DNA of 62,524 nt, counting the filler, from Choristocarpus tenellus KU-1152 (taxonomy: Eukaryota > Protista > Phaeophyceae): the NCBI GenBank assembly GCA_964200185.2. It is 10 parts of 10 records of this genome, joined end to end, with 100 filler letters (N's around TTAATTAATTAA, not from the genome) between each part and the next. Parts side by side here need not be neighbours in the genome. Positions count along the whole stretch, not along the records: positions 49,986 to 56,119 come from CAXNAD020008868.1; positions 56,220 to 59,288 come from CAXNAD020022537.1; positions 59,389 to 62,524 come from CAXNAD020022063.1; 7 more parts are not named here. One strand, written 5' to 3'. The first letter of the stretch is position 1; each line of letters starts with the position of its first letter. Made by a program: the position numbers and the translations under genes. Below, piece by piece: positions 53,801 through 62,524 of this stretch. The notes below the pieces were generated by a model that was not told the origin of the DNA, did no database searches, and saw nothing but the letters and a program-made list of their open reading frames with translations.

Positions 53801-56108
53801 TGCATTCATATTCATGGATCGAGTGCAGAGTAGCCAGCCTGATATGGAGGGTGGGCCCTGACTACACAAAAATCAACCACCCACAAAGAGCAGGCTCATG
53901 AAGGCGTTTTGATTGTGTAAAATCAACCCTAGGAAAAAATAGCTGTCAGTCTGACAAAAACGGACCTAACAACGAAGGCACTTACTAAAAAAAAAAAATA
54001 AAACAACAGAAGGGAAAGGGAAAGGGAAAGGGAAGGGGGGGGAGAGAGAGAGAGGCAACCAGCAGCCCACTTTTCTGAAAAGCAGAAACAAGACCTAAAC
54101 AGCATGCATGAAAAAATTCAACTCTTTAGTGGCATGTCTGTGTTTCGGGACTACCAGTATCGCCCTCAAATGACCCACTCATGAAAGCTGATGGTGCCTA
54201 CGTCTTCAACCGACACAAAAGAGCTTTGTTTAATGACAAAGCAGAGGTAAACTACTTGATGAAGTCCCTTGGTTTTTCGCCCTCTGCACAACTGCTTGCT
54301 GCAGGTAGGAAGGAAGAGTGAGCCAATAATATTGGTCAGTCTGTGCCCAGGAGGCGTTCGAGGATAATTTTTTTTTGAACACAAAGCATTTTTTTTTGTG
54401 CACGCCTTTTCCGATACATCTTTGACTGTTGGATTTCATCGACAGTGACTGGAACCCAGCGTCGGTGGTCACCAGGACTATTCCTCCTGAGCTAGGCAAC
54501 CTGCTTGCCCCGGATATGCTAAACCCATTTGATAACCCCCTCAGCGGCGAAGCGAATGTTGCTTTTGGACATGCACTCAGATTTTTGAGAATCTGTTGTT
54601 TGTTGTTTGTTGTGGCATTCCTAGTCTGACTGACTTCCCAGACAAAAGTTTCACTACCTGCATGGTGTGCTATACGTAAGTTCAACACGTAAGTATGTCA
54701 TTTGTAGCGCCTACGGGCTTTGACAGATTCATTCTAGAAATCACGCAATCCCATGTTTTCTTCATCGCATGTAGCTGAAGCTAAAGGCCCTGGAGCCTTA
54801 ACTCCCACTCCAGGAACATTCCTGCTCCAGATCGGCGGTACTACACATGCGATTACAGAAATAATAATAAATAATACCGATACATACAGCACTACTGTGC
54901 AAAAGGCAACAAGAGAAGACAGGAGTTCCCAACACGACCAAAAGGCGTAAGCACTATTTTTTTTTTAATTTGCAGAATCTTTTTTTTCAACACCACCAAG
55001 ACACAGACGTATGGAACACCTATGTGTTGCTCCTGATATTTCCATTTTCTCAATCCCACATTAGAAAACACACCCCAAACGCCTCTGCAATGGCCCCTCC
55101 GAGCACAATCCAAAAAACCAACACAATACCTGGTCCTCCTCCTTAACAGTCCCAATTGCTTATGTCGACTCCCCCAGACTGGTTATCAATAGAAGAACCC
55201 TGTTTTTGATGCCACCTCAATTACTCTCTCACCCAAGTCAATCATCAATGCCACCTCCCACTCACGAGAATTTGTGTCATGTACTGGAAGACGAATATGT
55301 ATGTTAAAAAAAATAATTCCGCACTTAACCAGGGTCAACAACAGCCTGCAAAATACCTCCAGAGCTAGGGCCTTTCAGAAGATCAAACTCTTTTCATACG
55401 TCCAATTGGACTCCAACAATACCCTTTCTTGACGCATACTACTCTCGAGCTATCTTTGAAGTTCACAGATTGGATCTCAAGCATTTTTTCTTTTAGTAAA
55501 CTCTCTACTCTCAGTCCTCCTCCCTCAGCTGTCAGGAAATTCAAATTTTACAATTATCTTGTCTACTTCGAGAAAATAATAATAAATAATATGACATACA
55601 CTAGATCCAAGGCACGATACGGTCACTCAATCAAGGACACTTCTTCCCACCAATCGAACCACCCCTGCAATTTTTTTTATTTTATTTTTCCACCACAAGA
55701 ACAGTAAGATTGAACGAGCTCCTCCAACAAGCCGAGCTAAGAACCTTGCTTACATATATATATATATTTTAACATCACTCCCCCGTACATGCTGTCAAAA
55801 CAAGCAATACTGGACATATAAACTTGACTGGCTTCGAAAATCAAAAAGAAACTCTGAATCGAAATATTTAGTAGCCAAGGGCCATTCCTCGACATCCGCA
55901 CATTCTTCACCCCACGCCCCATCTCACATGAGACAGACAGATCCCAGACCGCCCCTTGGTGCCCTTGATAAGTTCCGATGCGCTCCCCAGTCTCCGCATA
56001 CCACAGTGTAGGTATTTGATCCTTTGCTGCCGAGAACACAAGGTCCCCATCATTGTTGTAGATAACACATGTGATGGACCGCTCATGCCCTTTCAAGAGG
56101 ATAGGCCT
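50858..56108 (-). CDS. EIF3I: Eukaryotic translation initiation factor 3 subunit I (WD40), 5' exons; partial
   Basis: Exons 56108-55928 ([13 protein letters not shown]...[10 protein letters not shown]...[15 protein letters not shown]), 53587-53482 ([19 protein letters not shown]), 51955-51840 and 51015-50858 all have compatible phases and GT/AG sites. Confidence 0.93.
54476..54546 (+). pseudogene. Orphan degenerate LRR exon (24-aa plant/ROCO-type repeat), antisense in an eIF3i intron
   Basis: It translates [24 protein letters not shown], resembling the consensus GxIPxELGxLxxLxxLxLxxNxLSG. It follows a cag acceptor and ends G|gcgaag. Length is 71 nt versus the 72 expected. Confidence 0.65.
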
Positions 56109-56219
56109 CTGGAAGGAGGNNNNNNNNNNNNNNNNNNNNNNNNNNNNNNNNNNNNNNNNNNNNTTAATTAATTAANNNNNNNNNNNNNNNNNNNNNNNNN
56201 NNNNNNNNNNNNNNNNNNN

Positions 56220-57300
56220 GCCCTATTACTTGATGAACGTATAGGGTTTACGTGGGAAAAAAGCCTCCCCACCCCTTCTTCCTGTGTGTTCGTGCACGCA
56301 CTCTTTGACCTCGGCAAGGATTTCCTCGTCGAGGCCCAGGACGAAATGCCTCTCATAGTGCCCTTGCTTCGACACCTTGCTGTGACCCTTAGTTTCGAAG
56401 TCTCTCTCCCATCTACTCACAGTTTCCGACCTGACCATCGCATATCCTGCTTCCATCTCGAGCTCTGTTTGAGGGTCTTTCCCGTCGTTCATACGCATGT
56501 ACGTTCATACGCATGTACAGGATTCGCAATGGTCGAGCCTTTACTATCGCATTTCCTTGTTGAGCGCCGGAAATGGGCGTTGTCCATGTTTCCTGGACGG
56601 GCAATATTTTTTTTCATCAAGGCGCAAGGGCGAGGGAGGACAGGCCTTCGTTGATCGAAAATTGTGTTGATTTCTCGAATGACTGCAGGCTGGGAGAAAG
56701 CCCCAATCAACTTTAGACGTCCAACCCCCAAGTCCAGGAACAAAAGGGAATGTACGGCATCTTGCAAGAAGTGGGAGACACCAAAGCATTGGTGTGCAAA
56801 TAGTCTCAATTGTCGACTGCTTCGCAATCTCTTCTAAGTAAAGGATTTGGTGGATTCGAAAAGTCTCCACAGCTACCTCTGCTATGATCGCTTTCTCCTC
56901 CGCCTTGTGAGCCCTCTCGACCTTCTTTCGGGGTACGGAACCCTTGTAGCCCAACCCTAACACCTTCTTTCTCGTTTCCTTCAGCCACTCTGGCTCGCAT
57001 AGCTTCCAAACAGCAAGGGCCTGCTGTAACTGTCGACTACTAAGATATTCTACACCTGGGTTTTTGCTTAGGCATGTCCTGAGCGCAATGGCACGCAGTC
57101 ACACTGCTCCCTTCCTCAATCTTCTCTTCGGGCAGCCACCCCGGTTCTCTCCCTTCGCCCGCCGTGACCAGACTTCCCCACAAACTTGATCACTGTACCA
57201 CCTGGTGACATACTCGTCGCTCTCATCCTGACTTCCTGAGGCGGCAGAGACTGCAGAGCAGTGCTCCGACGTGGTTGAAGATCCAACCACGTTTGTGTGG
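56220..57300 (-). mobile_element. Second copy of the same IS630/Tc1-like transposase (N-terminal/HTH part), frameshifted
   Basis: Strongly similar to 11374-12040 (GLGYKGS..RKK.ERA.KAEE.AI). It also encodes TVSRWERDFETKG..SKQGHYER...LDEEIL. Truncated by the linker. Confidence 0.7.
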
Positions 57301-58224
57301 TAATGCTTTCAGTGTATCTTCTCTTAGCGTCAGTGTCGCGGCCCTGTGATCCATTTCGTGATGTGATTGTGCTGCTGCGCCACACTACTAGGACTTTCGC
57401 GTCACCTAACATCACACTGAGTGTAACACGGTACCTGCTCTCCGTTGTCTCTCGACAGAGAAGGTGCCGAGAGTAGATCCTGGAAACAAAGTGGCCTCGG
57501 CAACTCTCCTTGTCTCACCATCATGGTTAATATTGCTGTGTAAGTCACGTATGTGTGTATTCACAAAAAGTCTGCAAAAGGCGATAAAAACATGTCCGGA
57601 AATCTTGGATTTTGTTTCGGTGCACACACATCGGTCAAATTTGGGCATCAACCTACCCCGGACCGGTCTTCTGCAAGGCGTTCGACCAACCACTTCATTT
57701 TTTTGTCAGTTTGGAAGTATTTTCCCTCAAAATTGCACCCGCGCTATTCACCCGCGTTTTTGCCATTCTTTAATCGGAACATAGCTCCCGTTCCTCCAAG
57801 CCTGGACATTTGTGGATGAAAGCCTTAAAACTCTTTTGTCGCATCCTTTCATTTGATATATATAATGTTCCATATCTTTGGTGTATGCTTGGTGAAAACA
57901 ATTAAAGATTGCCACAGAGGGGAAGCTACTGGTACCACCTTAAGGTTAAATTTTGACTGAATGTTTTCGGCACAACCTTGAAAATGTTTCGGAATGAACT
58001 TTCTCGACCAAAAGTATATTTTGCCATAGATTTCCTTTCGTAAATTGATAGCCTAGATCTAGAGCTTTCATTTGATATACTGATGGTTGATTAACTTGTG
58101 GTCAACAGTATCAAAAAAATCAAGATTGGTAACCGCCAAAACGGTACGTGGGCAGACCTCGGCTAAATATTGTTTTTGCCACTCACAAGACACTGTGGCG
58201 CACAATGAGCTCCGAGTTGTTTTC

Positions 58225-58430
58225 TATCCCTCACAGGAAACTGTAAATTGAACACGATAGAGTTGGTCTGGGGGCGGCCGAAGCACTATGTTCGAGGCCA
58301 CTGTGACTACACGTTGCCTGAAATGAGAGCCAACATTCCTGTCAATCTTAAGGAGGAAGGGGAGTTGTCCAGAGTAATTGTGGAGAGGTTCTTCAGGATG
58401 AGTAGTGCCTAACACCTGATATATTCCAAC
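58225..58430 (+). mobile_element. Fragment of a related but distinct IS630/Tc1-like transposase C-terminus
   Basis: Manual translation gives CKLNTIELVWGRPKHYVRGHCDYTLPEMRANIP...RFFRMSSA*HLIY, paralogous to 12230-12415. Confidence 0.65.
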
Positions 58431-59167
58431 GAGAAGGGCATGGAGTGCACCAATTGAATAGGGTGTACAAGACATTTAAGTCTCACAAGAGGCCTGCACC
58501 TTCAGAATACCTCATTTGAGTTGACATGGACTGTCTAGTTTAGAGGCCCGGTCCCATGAGTGAGCCTCAACCAGCAAGTGGCCACATCGCACAAACTGGA
58601 AATAATGGAAAGGGAATGGAGAGACAACGACGCGCATGTTCTCCTGGTGAAGATGGCCTCTTCTGGCGTCAAAATCCTCCTTAAATATCCGGTTCGCGAG
58701 CGCCGCGTAGCAAATCCGCGCGGACTACTATATTCAAGTATGGTCCTGTATTTCTCACGATTACTGCAAGTCGACCAACCGAGCGAGACCCATCCAATAA
58801 GGTTAACCATGATGATTATGCGATTACAACCAACGAATTTTCATGAAAAAACTCGTTGTTGATCAGAAGTTATGGCACAACAAAGTTGATGCAATAGGAG
58901 ACTGTCAACAATGCAACATCACACCACTACTTGGAGTTTTTTGCAATACATGGTACGGACGGACAGTTGATAAATCTTACTAATCGAGTACAGTTGATTT
59001 ACACGATTTCATCGTGTGGTTGAAATTATTTTTCGGTTCACAATTCAGTACACTATTTAATTAATACCTGATTGAGAGAAGCACCACCAATAAATAGTAT
59101 AGATAAAATAGCCATATCCACATATACCAAAGAACCATCAGTGTGTAAAACAAAGACGGGGTGGTGC

Positions 59168-59212
59168 GAAATGGGTGGGGCTAGACGACTACCCTCTAAG
59201 ATACTTTAACTC
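59168..59212 (+). mobile_element. Family A-type right terminus without the usual MITE body
   Basis: AAATGG...CTACCCTCTAAGATACTTTAACTC, abutting a family B body. Confidence 0.7.
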
Positions 59213-60899
59213 AGATTCATAATGTAAGTGCACTTCTCCTGGTCAAGGCCCAAATGGACATCCTGGTGTACACACCCACACACACACANNNNNNNNNNNN
59301 NNNNNNNNNNNNNNNNNNNNNNNNNNNNNNNNTTAATTAATTAANNNNNNNNNNNNNNNNNNNNNNNNNNNNNNNNNNNNNNNNNNNNCCACCCCTCCCC
59401 CCCCCCCCAGATACTTTGACCCGGTGCATGAAATCCAACATAGAGAATCTACAGACATTGTCAGTGTCTACGAGTGTTGCACTTGTATCAACCAAATTAA
59501 TTTTGGGAGTTACAATTAACTAGTACCGATCATACCCAGAGAAAATAACTCACACCAGAGCTAGTATCACAGTCTTGGTTGGAGTCTTGGGGACAGAAAA
59601 CGTCTAAGTGATTCAATTATGTATGCTTGCTCTGACCCCAACATTTACTTGTTTTCCCGCTCCACTCTGGCATCCCTCTCTGCCAACAAGGCCTTCTTCT
59701 TTGCTCGTGTCTTTAGGTGGCGCATTTTACTACTATAGGGTGGTTTGTTGTCTAGAGTTCCAGATCCTGGAACTCGGCTTTGGATCTCAACAAGCTTCCT
59801 GTTATGGGCTTCCCGGAAGCGAGCCTGGTTGGGAGTAGGGGGAAGAGATAGTATGGTTGAGCCCGGAAATGTGAGAAAAATTAGCATTGAGAGGGAGGGG
59901 TGTTGAGTATGTTCTTTGGTGTGTTTGCAGGGACTGAACTTCCCGAAAGAAAACATTTATATGCAGCTTAGGTAAACTTTTGGGCACATTTGTTCTGAGG
60001 ATTGGATGCACAATATAGATATATTAATTGGAATCATGCATATCCTCCCCTCCCTCTCCCCATGCAACAAACATTCTGTCAGCTTCCATGAGTTGTTCAG
60101 AGTATGCGATTCTACATCTGAATGAACAAGAATTTCGATTCAGTGTTTGCACCTAACATATCCTGTATGTGACACTGCACAGTAATGTGCTTGCATGGCA
60201 TACATAAGTGTAAAGCAAGGAGAAAGGGATTTCGCTCTCTCTCAAACCCACCCATCGTCCACCATGGATTGACCACAACAACTGCTACCATACATGGTCT
60301 CTCTGCTCCTTGTCACTGACAAAATTCAAAAATGGAAACCCAAGCCTTTTTTTGTTACTGGTTTTGAAGTATGATACGCGGCATCCAGAGACTGAGTGCA
60401 TCAGCATTGGCTGTTGAGATCCTGTGTGTCCCTCTTTGGGAAGAAAAGAAAGAGGACCCGGCAATAACAGGGTTTCTCTCTACTTGGGAATGATGATGTT
60501 ATTTGGATTACATAAAGGGACTTGCCGATTAGGGTAGAAAGCAAAGAGTTAACCCCCAGACTACTTGGCAACCTGGCCGACCACTTTGACCGCATGGATA
60601 CCTGGACACTAAATTGCAAGTGCCAGTTTCGATCCTCTCCCCAGGAAGACTTTCTTTCAAAAGTACCTATCGTAGAGGATTATCAATGGCATGGAATTCA
60701 GGATTCATCCGTTCCTCAGTTCATAGCTGTTCTCTTAGGTAAAATGTATTTGTTGAGGATTCACGCACTGTCAAGGTCCGCTCCGAATGTGTGGACCATG
60801 TGCTGACTCCTCTCAAAATGCCAGCAACTTAAAGCGATTTTGATGAGTGCAAAACCCCGCGCCAAGGATGTCCATGCATTGCGCAAGGAGCTCACCCTC

Positions 60900-61750
60900 A
60901 ACTACACCCAACCTTTACATCATTTTGAAGTAGTATTTACAACACATGCTTGAAGAGCAAGGCACAAGTGTCACACCAATTCTCGACTCACTCGATCGGC
61001 ACAAGCATCAACAAACCAACGACTTGACTGCGCTACAGATCAATTGCTCGCAGGTTATTGACTTCTATTCTGTTCGGGCTGCCTACACCCATTGCACCCC
61101 CTCCCTACAGCCTCCCAGACAAATTATATAATCTATCGTGTTCTTGTGAGTCACTCGGAATACCAATTCTCAATGGGTTAAATAACACCCAACTCCCAAG
61201 AAAAGAGACTTCATGCTCAAGTGGCAACTAGACCATGGTCATGTTCGACATTCGGGAGACACCACTCTAGCTGGTAACTCAGGTTATCCTACCCTGCCTA
61301 ATCACAATATCGCAAATTTTGTTGGGTCACTGCGTGGGTATTTATCTAGTATTATGACGAAGTGTGATGCAGGAGAAAGTTTCCTTGGCAATTTTCTGTA
61401 TTTCGGGTATCGATTTGTGTCTTCTTCGTGGTGCAGTGCTCTTACACATGAATACAACAGAGGTGTCTTTCCTTTCACCCTCTTAATGTAGGCGAGATGA
61501 ATCGCGTGTAGCCATGGACTTCACCTTGTAGATGTCTCGTACAACTCCAGGCTTCTGGGCATCTAAGCCTACCCTCGACCGGTGCATGATGGAAGGGGAT
61601 ACTCCTCGGCCATACAATGTAGCTCAAATGATCAAACCTGAGAAAGTCGCAGGAATATTGTGGAAGCAAAACCTCAAAAGTAACGCTCGATCGAACGTTG
61701 ACGATCGAACGACAAAAAAGAATATTGTAGTACGAATATTTCCATACTGA
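60900..61750 (+). mobile_element. Degenerate Gypsy-like RNase H/integrase relic
   Basis: Weak motifs only (QWVK...MLKWQL; GFLGI..T). Confidence 0.3.
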
Positions 61751-61799
61751 AGGGTTATACACTTACATGTTAGTAATAATTGGAGAAGGAGATTTACAG

Positions 61800-62340
61800 A
61801 AAACATAGAGGCATCAGCAACCGCAGTGCCAGTTGCAAGTAAATTCACCTTTTTACCCTTCCTGATGCGGATGACATAATCCATCTAGAGAGAATATATT
61901 TCATATTGTGGGTGGTTGATGGACTCCAAGCGTAGGAACCCTCCAACCCAGTACTTAATGTAAGTGCCACACATTATTATCTTTGAACCTGACGATGGGC
62001 AATACAGGATAGAAAATATAGCAGTAAGAGTGGTTCCTATGGTAATCTTTTCTTACATCGTTTTCTCTTCCGTGAACAAGTAGGTAATACGTCTCATGAT
62101 TACCTATATATCCATCCATCCACCATGTGTACGTTGTATATGTGGATGTGTATATTGAGGTCAACGACAGTAAGTACAACAATAATGAGTGCTACCAGTC
62201 AAGAAAGTTTAAATGTATGTACTAAACTTACTTGAGCAGAACAAGGCTCCAGCTTTCGACTGTTCTCGATTAGAAAATCGCCATCCACAATTATAGGTAA
62301 CTCCATCTACAACATCATCAACTAACAGCCGATTTCAAAA
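61800..62340 (-). mobile_element. Degenerate Copia-like reverse transcriptase relic
   Basis: KDY...PIVRF...WHLH resembles the Copia RT region DY.ETFAPV...W.LHQ.DV; match is weak. Confidence 0.3.
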
Positions 62341-62439
62341 ATTGAGGATGGAGCTTTTCATTGAGGATGGGTTTGACCCAAAATTGACTGGGAGAAAGTG
62401 TCGATATGTTATTTTTTTATTGTGATGTTGTCAATGTTT

Positions 62440-62524
62440 ATTATGGAAAACTGTGTCCAGAACATGGACATTGATACTTCGTAACAAACAAGATGACCAA
62501 AACTATGTCCAAAACTATATGTTG
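62440..62524 (+). mobile_element. Diverged internal fragment of MITE family A
   Basis: GTGTCCAGAACATGGACATTGATACTTCGTAACAAACA matches the family body. Confidence 0.6.

Noticed and set aside
56220-59212. Fanzor/TnpB-like RNA-guided nuclease beside the IS630/Tc1-like transposases
   Set aside because: I looked for RuvC and Zn-finger motifs in the flanking frames and saw none. A frameshift-aware HMM search would be needed to exclude a decayed copy.
60522-60806. PRLLGNL as a second LRR exon
   Set aside because: The rest of the LRR consensus and the 72-nt splice frame are absent.

Overview
This is eukaryotic, intron-rich, transposon-laden DNA with GT-AG spliced genes. It is most plausibly from a brown alga or related stramenopile (inference from gene structure, a ROCO-style LRR exon relic and TTAGGG motifs). 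The window is about 10 contigs joined by artificial 100-nt linkers (44N-TTAATTAATTAA-44N), so adjacency across linkers is not trustworthy. Host genes: (1) a minus-strand gene with an N-terminal Cys/His cluster and four tandem 'AxYG...DV...FG[DN]P[CS]PGxxKxLxIxY' domains, head-to-head with (2) a multi-TM protein with a C-terminal EF-hand pair; (3) the 3' exons of a P5A-type ATPase (ATP13A1/Spf1-like); (4) two exons of an uncharacterised, possibly PIH1-like gene; (5) the 5' exons of eIF3 subunit i. Most of the rest is mobile-element debris. This includes two abundant MITE families that share a bipartite terminal signature and make 3-4 bp TSDs, plant-mariner-like (D37D) and IS630/Tc1-like transposase relics, Copia/Gypsy relics, an LTR with a tRNA-Trp-type PBS, and a 19-bp minisatellite with higher-order structure. 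I saw no CRISPR array, rRNA or tRNA. All protein family calls are from motif recognition by eye, not database searches.
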